Assembly (NCBI GenBank): GCA_963668175.1
Contig: OY764159.1
Span: 2,016,001-2,080,000 of the forward strand
Reading direction: 5' to 3'
DNA from: Syntrophales bacterium
Lineage (GTDB): Bacteria > Desulfobacterota > Syntrophia > Syntrophales > PHBD01
Length of the DNA: 64,000 bases
Under the pieces are notes generated by a model. It saw only the letters and a list, made by a program, of their open reading frames with translations, was not told where the DNA came from and made no database searches. Both the position numbers and the translations under genes were made by a program. Below are positions 15,529 to 25,237 of the stretch, piece by piece; the first letter of the stretch is position 1; each line of letters begins with the position of its first letter.

Positions 15529-18500
15529 TTGGAGCATAAGGTGACGGACAAGCAGCTTTCCACAGACGATAAGTCCAATCGGCGGAAGAACTTGCTTGTT
15601 TCCGTCGTCTTGAGCTTTATCGTCTTCTCGTTGTCGGCATCCTATCTCTCCTACGAACATTTTCAGACGTCCGTAAAAAGGGCCGTGACGGACGACCGGG
15701 AAAAAGTCCAGTTGTTCTCCCTGATCCTGAAGGAATACATCCAGAGAATCGTGAATACCATGGAGTCCTACGGCAGGCGTCAGTCCTTGATCAAGGCGGT
15801 CGGGGAGAAAAACGCCGCGGCCGCCCGGGGGCACATGATAGACCTGTCCGAAAGCGACCCCGATATCAATCTCCTGTTCATCGCCGACAAGAAGGGGACG
15901 TTGTGGTTTTCGTATCCGTACTATCCGGAGCTGGTGGGAAAAAATTTCGACCAAAAAGAAGAGTATAAAATAGTGAGCAAAGACTGGAAGGTATATGTAT
16001 CCGACCTGTCGGCGAGATTAGTCGGAGAAAAGGACCCCGCCATCCGGATTTTCGTTCCGGTTTTCGATTCGTCCGGCGAAGTGTTGGGCATTATCATCAA
16101 CACGCAACAGACGACGCAGTTATCGAAGATATTCCAGCAGGTAACGCTGGGCCGCGGCGTGCATGTCAGCGTCACAGACAGAAAAGGCAGGCTGATCTAC
16201 AGCAGCAGATCCTCATACATGGAGGGAGGAAGGGCCTATCCGTTCTTCCATGTAACCGGCGACTCGAAGGACAGGACGGCGACCGTGGCCGATCCTTCTG
16301 AAGGAGGCGCCGGCCGATACATTGCGTTCGCGACCTTGAAGGATATCGGCTGGAGCGTTTTCGTAGGAAGGAGCGGGTATTCCATCTTCGCGGCGGAGCT
16401 TTCGTTTTACATCCAGGTCACCGTCATAGCCGCCCTGCTGTTTGCCGTTTTCAACATCGCCGTTGTCCTGCTGCAAAAAAATGCGGAAACACAGCAGCTG
16501 CGGTCGAGGCTGGAGGCGGAGGAAAAACTGCGGGAGAGCGAGGACCGGTTCCGAGCCATGTTCATGACGGGGGCTGTCGCCTGTTTCATCGGCAGGGAGG
16601 ACGACGGGACGATCGTGGAAGTCAACGACCGCTTCCTCGAGATGTACGGCTTAGCGCGGGACGAGGTGACCGGCAGGACGTCCCTCGAACTGGGAATGTG
16701 GGCGATTCCCGAAGCCAGGGCGGAACTGATGGCGGAGGTCAGGGCGCGCGACCGCGTGGACAACTTCGAGGTCCTGGCGCGCCGCAGGGACGGGGAAACC
16801 TTCAACGCGCTTTACTCCATCGGCCGGCTGACCCACGCAGGCTCGGCGCTAATCGTAGGAAATATCAGCGACATCAGCGAACTGAAGCGGGGGGAAGACG
16901 CGCTGCGGAAAACCGCCGAACAATTGACGATGGCACAAACGGCCGCCAATATGGGCGTGTGGGACTGGAACGTTGCATCGGGCCGTATCGAATGGTCGCC
17001 GCAGATGTTTACCCTGTTCGGCATCGACCCGCTAAAGGCGGAAGCTTCGTTCGAGGCATGGAGAAAGGTTCTTCACCCCGAGGATGCCGAAATCGCGGGG
17101 CGGAGAATTGAAAAGGCCTTACAGGAAAAAACGACGCTGAACAGCGATTACAGGATCGTCATTCCGGACGGCCGGATTCGCTGGATCAACGCCGTCGGCG
17201 AAGGCCGATACGACGAACGGGGGCAGCCGGTCAGAATGATCGGCATCTGCAGCGATATTACGGAAAGGAAGAGGACGGACAGGGCCTTGCGGGAAAGCGA
17301 GGCGCGCTTCAGGGGCTATTTTGAGCTGCCGACGCACGGCCTGGCCATTACCTCTCCGGAAAAGGGATGGATTGAAGTCAATACCAGGATCTGTACACTT
17401 TTGGGCTACAGCAAGGACGAGATCAGGAAGTTGACATGGTCGGACATGACGCACCCCGACGATCTCGACGCGGACGTTGCGCAATTCAACCGCGTTCTTT
17501 CCGGAGAGATCGATCAATACAACATGGACAAGCGATTTATTCGCAAGGACGGATCGATAATCTGGACGAACCTGTCCGTCGGATGCGTTCGGAACCCCGA
17601 TCGTACCGTGGATTATTTCATCGCCCTCCTCGAAGACGTCACCGGGCGCAAGCAAGAGGAGCAGACGCGCCGGGAACTGGAGGAGAGGCTGCTGCGCTCC
17701 GAAAAGATGGAGGCCCTGGGGCTCCTGGCGGGAGGCGTCGCCCACGATTTGAACAACACGCTGGGCATCCTCGTCGGCTATTCGGAGCTGCTTCACGACG
17801 ACCTGGATGAAGACGACCCGCGCCGGCAGGACGCCCTGAATATCGTCAAAGGGGGCGAGCAGGCGGCGGCGATCGTCCAGGACCTTCTCGCGCTGGCCCG
17901 CCGCGGCATTCAAACCAGGACGGCCGTCGATCTCAACAGGATCGTGAGGGAATATCTCGAATCCCCGGAGCATCTGAAGATAGCCGCCCTGTATCCGAAT
18001 GTCCGTGTCGAAGCGGAACTGGAGGACGGCCTGCTGAAGATAACGGGCTCGAAGGTTCACCTGTCGAAAACCCTGACGAACCTCGTTTACAATGCGGCCG
18101 AAGCAATGGCTTCGGGAGGCGAAATCGTCATACGGACGGAAAACCGCTATCTGGACAAGCCCGTATCCGGTTACGAAGAACTCAGGGAAGGGGATTACGT
18201 CGTCCTGACCGTGTCGGACGAAGGGGGAGGCATGACCGACGAGGAAAGGAAGCACGTATTCGAACCTTTCTATACGAAGAAGATCATGGGACGAAGCGGG
18301 ACCGGCCTCGGTCTTTCCGTCGTCTGGGGAACCGTGAAGGACCACGACGGCTATATCGACGTCGAAAGCGAAGCGGGCAGGGGAACGTCGTTTCATCTCT
18401 ACTTCCCGATGACGCAGGACCGGGAAACGGAAGAAGATGCCGCTCCAACGGCCGAGGCATACGCGGGCCGCGGGGAAAAGATCCTCGTGGTGGACGATAT

Positions 18501-18837
18501 CGCGGAGCAAAGGAACATGGCGCGCCGTATTCTGGAAAAGCTCGGCTATGAAGTCCATACAGAGGCAAGCGGCGAGGACGCCGTCGACTATCTTAAGACT
18601 CATGAGGCCGACCTGGCGGTCCTGGACATGATCATGGACCCGGGGATCGACGGTCTCGATACCTTCCGGCGAATGCGGGAAATCAATCCCTGCCAGAAGG
18701 CCGTCATCGTCAGCGGATTTGCCGAAACGGATCGCGTAAGGGCTGCCCATTCCCTGGGGGCGGGCGCCTTTGTCAGGAAGCCTTACATCAAGGCGCGGAT
18801 CGGTCTGGCCATCCGGAAGGAGTTGGACGGAAAGTAG
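15529..18837 (+). CDS. Membrane hybrid sensor kinase (Cache-like periplasmic domain, three PAS, HisKA, HATPase, REC)
   Basis: Two TM segments, PAS repeats, AGGVAHDLNN, FEPFYTKK..GTGLGL, REC VVDD..VLDMIM; TTG start uncertain. Confidence 0.92.
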   Translation: MEHKVTDKQLSTDDKSNRRKNLLVSVVLSFIVFSLSASYLSYEHFQTSVKRAVTDDREKVQLFSLILKEYIQRIVNTMESYGRRQSLIKAVGEKNAAAARGHMIDLSESDPDINLLFIADKKGTLWFSYPYYPELVGKNFDQKEEYKIVSKDWKVYVSDLSARLVGEKDPAIRIFVPVFDSSGEVLGIIINTQQTTQLSKIFQQVTLGRGVHVSVTDRKGRLIYSSRSSYMEGGRAYPFFHVTGDSKDRTATVADPSEGGAGRYIAFATLKDIGWSVFVGRSGYSIFAAELSFYIQVTVIAALLFAVFNIAVVLLQKNAETQQLRSRLEAEEKLRESEDRFRAMFMTGAVACFIGREDDGTIVEVNDRFLEMYGLARDEVTGRTSLELGMWAIPEARAELMAEVRARDRVDNFEVLARRRDGETFNALYSIGRLTHAGSALIVGNISDISELKRGEDALRKTAEQLTMAQTAANMGVWDWNVASGRIEWSPQMFTLFGIDPLKAEASFEAWRKVLHPEDAEIAGRRIEKALQEKTTLNSDYRIVIPDGRIRWINAVGEGRYDERGQPVRMIGICSDITERKRTDRALRESEARFRGYFELPTHGLAITSPEKGWIEVNTRICTLLGYSKDEIRKLTWSDMTHPDDLDADVAQFNRVLSGEIDQYNMDKRFIRKDGSIIWTNLSVGCVRNPDRTVDYFIALLEDVTGRKQEEQTRRELEERLLRSEKMEALGLLAGGVAHDLNNTLGILVGYSELLHDDLDEDDPRRQDALNIVKGGEQAAAIVQDLLALARRGIQTRTAVDLNRIVREYLESPEHLKIAALYPNVRVEAELEDGLLKITGSKVHLSKTLTNLVYNAAEAMASGGEIVIRTENRYLDKPVSGYEELREGDYVVLTVSDEGGGMTDEERKHVFEPFYTKKIMGRSGTGLGLSVVWGTVKDHDGYIDVESEAGRGTSFHLYFPMTQDRETEEDAAPTAEAYAGRGEKILVVDDIAEQRNMARRILEKLGYEVHTEASGEDAVDYLKTHEADLAVLDMIMDPGIDGLDTFRRMREINPCQKAVIVSGFAETDRVRAAHSLGAGAFVRKPYIKARIGLAIRKELDGK

Positions 18838-19048
18838 ATCGATCGGCCCGCGGGCGATGACGCAGCCGCTGTTTTTCGGGACGCGTGTTTTCATCGATGC
18901 GCCGGGGAAGCCTTCGCAGCGGACAGTTGTTTGGGCGGCAGGTCATGCGCCGGGCGGCATCCGGCATATCGAAATCGAAGATCGCGGCATGCGGACGAGC
19001 CGTAAACCGACGGAGACGCCGGACGATTTTCGGAAAGGGAGACGCGTA

Positions 19049-19963
19049 ATGAAAATCTTCATCACGGGCGGAACCGGGTTCGTCGGCGGCAGCCTGACGA
19101 GGGCATTCGCCGGCCGGGGCCATCGGGTCACGGTTCTCGACAGGACGGTCAAGGGCGGCCGGGATTTTCCCGCCGATGTATCCTTCATCGAAACGGACAG
19201 CACGGTCCCGGGGCCGTGGCAGGATGAAGCCGCGCGGCACGACGTCCTGATCAATCTCGCCGGGGCCTCGATCTTCAGCCGCTGGAACCAAAAGACGAAA
19301 GAGGCCATCTACCGGAGCCGCATCCTGACGACGGAAAACCTAGCGGAGGCCGTTTCCCGCAGTCCATCAGCCGCGGCTATGCGCCTCTTCAGCACGTCGG
19401 CGGTGGGTTATTACGGATTCCGAGAAGACGAGGACATCACGGAGGAAGCGCCGCCGGGCGTCGACTTTCTCGCCTCCGTGGCGAAAGACTGGGAGGCCGC
19501 CGCCAACGGTGCCGCACGGTACGGCGCCAGGGTTGCCGTCTGCCGATTCGGCATCGTCCTCGGCCGGCGGGGGGGCGCCCTGCAGCAGATGCTGCCTATC
19601 TACCGGGCCTGGCTCGGCGCTCCGCTGGGAAGCGGCGGGCAATGGTTTTCCTGGGTGCACGAGCAGGACCTCGTCGACATCTTCCTTTTCCTGATCGACC
19701 GGCAGGACGCCGCGGGGCCGTTCAACTGCTCCGCCCCGCTTCCCGTGCGCAACAGCGAGATGACCAAGGCCATAGGCCGGGCGCTCGGCGTGCCCACGCT
19801 GCCCATCGGCGTTCCGGGTTTCGTGTTGAGAATCGTCCTCGGCGAATTCGGCAACGTCCTCCTGAAAGGGCAGAAGGTCCTGCCCAAAAGGCTCGGCGAA
19901 CTCGGCTACCGTTTCCGTTTTCCGGCGATCGACGAAGCCCTGGCGGACCTCTTGAAAAAATAG
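19049..19963 (+). CDS. TIGR01777-type NAD-dependent epimerase/oxidoreductase
   Basis: MKIFITGGTGFVG, INLAGASI, SAVGYYG, LGSGGQWFSWVH, GQKVLPKRL. Confidence 0.9.
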   Translation: MKIFITGGTGFVGGSLTRAFAGRGHRVTVLDRTVKGGRDFPADVSFIETDSTVPGPWQDEAARHDVLINLAGASIFSRWNQKTKEAIYRSRILTTENLAEAVSRSPSAAAMRLFSTSAVGYYGFREDEDITEEAPPGVDFLASVAKDWEAAANGAARYGARVAVCRFGIVLGRRGGALQQMLPIYRAWLGAPLGSGGQWFSWVHEQDLVDIFLFLIDRQDAAGPFNCSAPLPVRNSEMTKAIGRALGVPTLPIGVPGFVLRIVLGEFGNVLLKGQKVLPKRLGELGYRFRFPAIDEALADLLKK

Positions 19964-20044
19964 CCGCGGCGCAGCCGGGATTTTCCGCGGGCGAAAGAAG
20001 CCGCGTCCGATAGCGCGCCGGAAGAAAGACAGGGAGAAGGACCC

Positions 20045-20992
20045 ATGGAAAAGATCCGCATAGGCATCAGCACTTGCCTTCTCGGCGAGAACGTCCGCTA
20101 CAACGGCGGGCATGCGCTGGACCGGTTTCTGCGCGACACCCTGGGCCGGTACATCGACTACGTGCCCGTGTGCCCGGAGGTGGAATGCGGCTTCGGCGTC
20201 CCGCGGGAGACCTTCCGGCTGACGGGCGATCCGAAGCGCCCCCGCCTGGTCACGACCAAAACGGGCGTCGATCACACGGAGAGGATGGAGGCCTGGGCGC
20301 GGAAGCGGGCGGACGAACTCGCGGCCGAGAACCTCTCCGGGTTCATTTTCAAGAGCGACTCCCCGTCGAGCGGCATGGAGCGGGTGAAGGTATACGACGC
20401 CAGGGGCGTGCCGCGCAGGGCGGGCGTCGGCGTCTTCGCGCGCATCTTCATGGAGCGCTTTCCCCTCACGCCGGCCGAGGACGACGGCAGGCTCCACGAT
20501 CCCGTCCTGCGGGAGAACTTCATCGACCGCATCCTCATCTACGGGGACTACCGCAGGATCATGGGGGAGAGAAAACCCGTCCGCGCCCTCGTCGAATTTC
20601 ACACGAGAAACAAGCTGATGCTCATGGCGCACGGCCCCAAGAACCTCGAAGGCATGGGCCGCCTCGTGGCGCAGTCGGGCGTGCTGCCCCGGGAGGAGAT
20701 CGTCCGCCGGTACGAGGGGCTCCTGATGGAGGCGATGGCCCTCAAACCCACGGCGGCGAAACACACGAACGTCCTCATGCACGCCATGGGCTACTTCAAG
20801 AAGGTCCTCTCCGCCGACGAAAAGCAGGAACTGCTTTCCGTCATCGAACAGTACCGCCGGGAAACCATACCCCTCGTCGTTCCCGTGACGCTCTTGAATC
20901 ATTACGTCAGGAAATACGATCAGCCGTACTTGAAGGAACAGACCTACCTCAATCCGCACCCCCCGGAGCTTCAGCTTCGCAACCACGTGTAG
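20045..20992 (+). CDS. YbgA family protein (DUF523 + DUF1722)
   Basis: IGISTCLLGENVRYNGGH, VCPEVECG.GVPRE, KSDSPSSG, EDDGRLHD, HAMGYFK, YLNPHP. Confidence 0.9.
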   Translation: MEKIRIGISTCLLGENVRYNGGHALDRFLRDTLGRYIDYVPVCPEVECGFGVPRETFRLTGDPKRPRLVTTKTGVDHTERMEAWARKRADELAAENLSGFIFKSDSPSSGMERVKVYDARGVPRRAGVGVFARIFMERFPLTPAEDDGRLHDPVLRENFIDRILIYGDYRRIMGERKPVRALVEFHTRNKLMLMAHGPKNLEGMGRLVAQSGVLPREEIVRRYEGLLMEAMALKPTAAKHTNVLMHAMGYFKKVLSADEKQELLSVIEQYRRETIPLVVPVTLLNHYVRKYDQPYLKEQTYLNPHPPELQLRNHV

Positions 20993-21203
20993 CGGGGAAA
21001 CGGGGCGGAGTCTGCCGTATCTGCATCCGGAGCTTTTAGCGCAGGCGGGCAGGCGATATTCGCGTCCGGACGGATATACCCGGAAAATGCGGAATGAAGC
21101 GCCCGTGCGGCCGAACGGTCACGCGATATCCCCTTGGAACGATTAACTTCCGAGCCTTTCGCAAAATACCCGTTTCGGATTGAAGAAAAAATGGGGGCAC
21201 GAC

Positions 21204-21232
21204 TTGACAAAACGTCCGCCGTGCATTATATT
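21204..21232 (+). promoter_or_regulatory. Sigma70-type promoter of the hgcC-arsM-hgcAB operon
   Basis: TTGACA (21204-21209), 17 nt, TATATT (21227-21232), ~60 nt upstream of hgcC. Confidence 0.7.
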
Positions 21233-21280
21233 CTGATTAAACTGATTATTCAGAAAAAACATAAATACCTGATAATTCAA
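21231..21280. promoter_or_regulatory. Candidate operator repeats downstream of the hgc promoter
   Basis: CTGATTATTCAG (21242-21253) and CTGATAATTCAA (21269-21280) near-palindromic repeats; TTCTGATTA...TATTCAGAA inverted repeat 21231-21255. Confidence 0.5.
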
Positions 21281-21294
21281 CAGGAGGCGGGAAG

Positions 21295-21594
21295 ATGGCG
21301 AAAACGAGCACGAAGAAAGCCGCATGCTGCGGAAGCGGCCCCGGGACGGCAAGCTGCTGCCGCGTCGAGTCCCTTGTCAGCATCGACGAACGGGGACAGA
21401 TGGTCCTGCCCAAGGAGCTGCGGGACAGGGCGAACATCAAGCCCGGCGACAAGATGGCGCTCATCAGCTGGGAAAAGGACGGGGACGTCTGCTGCCTGTC
21501 CCTCATCAAGGCGGATTACCTGGCCGAGCGCGTCGGCGAATTTCTCGGTCCCATCATGGGGGGCTTAAGCAACCTGGGAGACAGGAAAAAATAA
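21295..21594 (+). CDS. hgcC: HgcAB-associated AbrB/MazE-like protein HgcC
   Basis: AbrB-like core VSIDERGQMVLPKELR..I.PGDK, three CC pairs, first gene of the hgcAB operon. Confidence 0.8.
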   Translation: MAKTSTKKAACCGSGPGTASCCRVESLVSIDERGQMVLPKELRDRANIKPGDKMALISWEKDGDVCCLSLIKADYLAERVGEFLGPIMGGLSNLGDRKK

Positions 21595-21607
21595 GGAGGT
21601 GTCGGCA

Positions 21608-22441
21608 ATGCTTCAGGAGAACATCAAGAAGGCGGTCCGGGACCGCTACGGCGATATTGCGGCGAATGCGGGATCGTGCTGCGGTCCCAAGGCAGGTTGC
21701 TGCGGGGGCGGCAATACGGTTGAATCCATCAGCAGGGCGGTCGGCTACCGGGACGAAGACATCCGGGCTGTGCCCGAAGGGGCGAACCTGGGGCTGGGCT
21801 GCGGCAACCCCGTCGCCCTGGCGTCCCTGAAAGAAGGCGAGACGGTCGTCGACCTCGGCTCCGGCGCGGGGTTCGACTGTTTCCTCGCGGCGAGGGAAGT
21901 CGGGGAGAAGGGCCGCGTCATCGGAGTGGACATGACCCACGAGATGCTCGACAAGGCACGGGAAAACGCCCGGAAGGGAGACTTCCCGAACGTGGAGTTC
22001 CGCCTCGGGGAGATCGAGAACCTGCCCGTTGCCGACAACACGGCCGACATCGTCATCTCGAACTGCGTCGTCAACCTCTCGCCGGACAAGGGGCGCGTGT
22101 TCCGGGAGGCCTTCCGCGTCCTCAAGCCGGGCGGCCGCCTGATGGTGTCCGATATCGTCCTGCTCAGGGAACTGCCGAAGGAAATCGGCGAATCGGTTGC
22201 CGCCTATACGGGCTGCGTCGCCGGGGCGCTGATGAAAAACGACTATCTCGCGAAGATAAGCGAGGCAGGTTTTCAGGCGGTCAAGATCGATTCCGAAGCC
22301 CTCTTCCCGATGAAAGCGGTGATCGAGCATACCGCCGCCAAAGATGTTGCCTTGGGCGAAGGCACCCTGGAAGACGCGGCCGAAGCGCTTTCAACGTCCA
22401 TCGCGAGCATCAAGGTGTCGGCTGTCAGGCCGATGCCGTGA
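21608..22441 (+). CDS. arsM: Arsenite S-adenosylmethionine methyltransferase
   Basis: N-terminal SCC/GCC, LGLGCGNP, VDLGSGAGFD, ISNCVVNL, YTGCVAGA (conserved ArsM cysteines); RBS AAGGAGGT. Confidence 0.93.
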   Translation: MLQENIKKAVRDRYGDIAANAGSCCGPKAGCCGGGNTVESISRAVGYRDEDIRAVPEGANLGLGCGNPVALASLKEGETVVDLGSGAGFDCFLAAREVGEKGRVIGVDMTHEMLDKARENARKGDFPNVEFRLGEIENLPVADNTADIVISNCVVNLSPDKGRVFREAFRVLKPGGRLMVSDIVLLRELPKEIGESVAAYTGCVAGALMKNDYLAKISEAGFQAVKIDSEALFPMKAVIEHTAAKDVALGEGTLEDAAEALSTSIASIKVSAVRPMP

Positions 22442-22474
22442 AACCCGATCGTAATAACAGGAAAGGCTGTTCAT

Positions 22475-23635
22475 ATGGATACCGACAAAGTTCCCTCGTG
22501 CGGTGGGAACAAAAACCGAATACTGCCTTCGCTGGCCGGCGCTCCCTGCGGCTGTTCGCTGCAAGAGTATTTCCATGCGAAAGGACCTGCTTTAAATCAG
22601 CGCTTTGTCGCCGGTTCCGTTTCCACGCCGGCGGGCCCGGTTCCGCGGGTGTCGTCGCAGCTGCACCGGGACGATTACATAGGGTCTTTCAAGGCCCGCT
22701 GGGGCGTGGGCAGGATGAACTATGCCGTCGATCCGGGGCTGTATGCCCTTGGCAATCCCGGCAGCGGTTCGCCCGTCCTGGCTTCGGCGAACTACAAGAT
22801 GAGCTTCGACCGGCTGCGGGAGTCTCTGCCGGGGACGGACGCCTGGATTCTGGTTCTGGACACTAAGGGCATCAACGTCTGGTGCGCTGCGGGCAAGGGC
22901 ACGTTCGGCACGGACGAACTGGTGGAAAGGATCGAATCGAGCGGCCTGAAAGAGATCGTCGGCCACCGGTTCCTGATCCTGCCGCAGCTCGCGGGGCCGG
23001 GTGTGGCTGCGCACGAGGTGAAGAAGCGCACGGGGTTCACCGTCCGTTACGGGCCCGTCAGGGCGCGGGACATCAAGGCCTATATGGATGCCGGTTTCAA
23101 GGCCGGCAGGGAAATGCGGCGGAAAGACTTCCCGCTCCGTGAGCGCATCGTCCTCATCCCCATCGAGCTTGTGGCCGCGCTGAAGCCCGCCATGTTCATC
23201 GTTCCCGTTTTATTGATCGTCGGCGGTTTCGGCGGCGGGAGCGGATTCGTCGGCAACATGCTTCATGACGGCATTTTTGCAGTGACCGCCTTTCTCCTGG
23301 CTATTCTGTCCGGCGCCGTCCTCACGCCCGTATTGCTGCCGTACCTGCCCGGCCGGGCCTTTGCATTGAAGGGGCTCGTCACGGGGCTTGCCGTCTACGC
23401 CGCGCTCCTCTATGCTTGGGGCGGCGATTTAAGGGGCTTGAGGGACGTCCTCTTCGGAGGGGCCTGGTTCCTTTTGCTGCCGGCCTTTTCCGCGTTTCTC
23501 GCGATGAACTTCACCGGAGCCTCAACGTACACGTCCCTCTCCGGCGTGAAGAAGGAGATGCGGTGGGCGCTTCCCCTGGAAATCGGTGCGGGCGTTTCGG
23601 GAGTTGCCTTGCTGATCGTATCCCGCGTTCTCTAA
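22475..23635 (+). CDS. hgcA: Mercury methylation corrinoid protein HgcA
   Basis: Cap helix NVWCAAGK, PGLYALG, ANYKMSFD, LPQLAGPGV, C-terminal TM helices with MNFTGASTYTSLSGVKKEM; directly followed by hgcB. Confidence 0.97.
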   Translation: MDTDKVPSCGGNKNRILPSLAGAPCGCSLQEYFHAKGPALNQRFVAGSVSTPAGPVPRVSSQLHRDDYIGSFKARWGVGRMNYAVDPGLYALGNPGSGSPVLASANYKMSFDRLRESLPGTDAWILVLDTKGINVWCAAGKGTFGTDELVERIESSGLKEIVGHRFLILPQLAGPGVAAHEVKKRTGFTVRYGPVRARDIKAYMDAGFKAGREMRRKDFPLRERIVLIPIELVAALKPAMFIVPVLLIVGGFGGGSGFVGNMLHDGIFAVTAFLLAILSGAVLTPVLLPYLPGRAFALKGLVTGLAVYAALLYAWGGDLRGLRDVLFGGAWFLLLPAFSAFLAMNFTGASTYTSLSGVKKEMRWALPLEIGAGVSGVALLIVSRVL

Positions 23636-23644
23636 GGAGACGAA

Positions 23645-23968
23645 ATGAAAGACTTCGAATATCTGAAGAATGTGGCGAGCCTCCGTCTCGATTCCGATAA
23701 ATGCACAGGCTGCGGCCAGTGCCTGGATGTCTGCCCGCATGACGTATTGGCGATGAACGAAAGGCACGTGCAAATCCGGAACCGCGACGCCTGCATGGAA
23801 TGCGGGGCGTGCAGCCGCAATTGCCCCGTGGGCGCAGTATCCGTCGAGGCGGGCGTCGGCTGTGCCGCGGCGGTCCTCAACGGCATGCTGGGCAGGCAGG
23901 GCGGCGCATGCTGCTGCAGCGTCGATCCCAAAAATCCTTCCGGGCCGGTCGGCGGCTGCTGTTCGTGA
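23645..23968 (+). CDS. hgcB: Mercury methylation 2[4Fe-4S] ferredoxin HgcB
   Basis: CTGCGQCLDVCP and CMECGACSRNCP, GVGCA, Cys-rich C-terminus; 9 nt after hgcA. Confidence 0.96.
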   Translation: MKDFEYLKNVASLRLDSDKCTGCGQCLDVCPHDVLAMNERHVQIRNRDACMECGACSRNCPVGAVSVEAGVGCAAAVLNGMLGRQGGACCCSVDPKNPSGPVGGCCS

Positions 23969-24011
23969 TAATGGGTATAGGCCACATGTCTTAATACGAA
24001 AGGAGGCGTCC

Positions 24012-24461
24012 ATGCCGGAGGAGATGAAAAAGAGGACGATGGAGCTGATGGCGGAGCAGCATTTCCATTGCAGCCAGGCCGTTCTTGCGGCCGGGCAGGA
24101 AAAGCTGGGGAAGGGCGGCGAAGACCTGGTCCGGGCCATGGGGGCCTTCGGCGGGGGCCTGGCGGCGAGCGGCGACGTCTGCGGGGCCGTGGCCGGGGCG
24201 CTTGCGGCCATCGGCCTGAAGTACGGGCGCGGCACGTCGGAAGAACGGGAAGACCCGCGCATGTGGACGGAAGGCAGGGCGTTCCTGCGGCGCTTCCGTG
24301 AGGAATGCGGCAAAGGCTCCATCTATTGCCGGGACATCGCCGGCGTGGACTGGACGGATGCGGAGGCCGCGAAGGCATTCTACAAAAGCGACAGGCTCAA
24401 GGACTGCATCGGCATGTGCGGCGACGCGGCGCGCCTTCTCGGGGAGTTTCTCGAAAAATGA
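24012..24461 (+). CDS. C_GCAxxG_C_C family putative redox protein
   Basis: FHCSQAV, AFGGG, GDVCGAVAG, SIYCRDI, C-terminal Cys; RBS AGGAGG. Confidence 0.85.
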   Translation: MPEEMKKRTMELMAEQHFHCSQAVLAAGQEKLGKGGEDLVRAMGAFGGGLAASGDVCGAVAGALAAIGLKYGRGTSEEREDPRMWTEGRAFLRRFREECGKGSIYCRDIAGVDWTDAEAAKAFYKSDRLKDCIGMCGDAARLLGEFLEK

Positions 24462-24501
24462 TTGTCCCGCGTCCGTGCGGCGGAAGGATAGAGGAACGAA
24501 A

Positions 24502-24951
24502 ATGACGGATATCGAATACGGCTTTACGGAAGAGGGCGACCTCGACGCGATCCGGACGTTATTGGCCGATTGCGGCCTTCCTATGGACGGCGTCGATGCG
24601 CTCGCCGGCAACGGCCTGGCGGCCCGGTCCGGCGGAGGGATCGCCGGGACGGTTGCCCTGGAGCCTTGCGGGCGGGCGGCCCTGTTGCGGTCGCTTGCCG
24701 TGGCGAAGGATTATCGGGGCCGGTCGCTCGGGGAAGGCCTGATCGGCAGGATAACCGACCATGCGCGCCGGCTCGGCATCGAGAAGTTTTATCTCCTGAC
24801 GACCGGTGCGGAGCGCTATTTCGCCGCCCTGGGCTTCCGGCGCATCGACCGGAACGACGCCCCGCCGGAAATCCGGGCAACGTCCCAGTTCCTTTCCGTC
24901 TGCCCCGTAAGCGCCGTCTGCATGGCGAAAGACATCGAGGCGGAACCGTGA
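24502..24951 (+). CDS. arsN2: Arsenic-resistance GNAT N-acetyltransferase ArsN2
   Basis: LLRSLAV..YRGRSLG, YLLTTGAERYF, TSQFLSVCPVSAVCM. Confidence 0.82.
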   Translation: MTDIEYGFTEEGDLDAIRTLLADCGLPMDGVDALAGNGLAARSGGGIAGTVALEPCGRAALLRSLAVAKDYRGRSLGEGLIGRITDHARRLGIEKFYLLTTGAERYFAALGFRRIDRNDAPPEIRATSQFLSVCPVSAVCMAKDIEAEP

Positions 24952-25237
24952 AGCGCCGCTCCGCGCGACCAGGGAGGATATCCCCATAGCGGCCCGAAAT
25001 AGTCAAAAATAACCCCCCTTTTTTTCATTGTTTTTCCCGGAGCCCGTTCAAGCAACCTCTCAACAGGTCCCACTGTTTTCGTCAAAATATTATATTGAAA
25101 ATATGCCTATGTGATGGCATAGTGTACCTACATTATCTACAAGTATACATCGCATGGCTCTTCGGTGCATTGCCTGTGTTTCCAAACCTCACGGACTGCT
25201 GCGCGGGATATTCGCGTCATATGGAGGACAAGACTTT

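Noticed and set aside
22870..22900. Possible selenocysteine in the HgcA cap helix or N-terminus
   Set aside because: Codons are TGC/TGT (NVWCAAGK, SCGG, PCGC); there is no in-frame TGA.
23966..23971. HgcB TGA-TAA as a terminal Sec
   Set aside because: No convincing SECIS hairpin follows; a tandem stop is the simpler reading.
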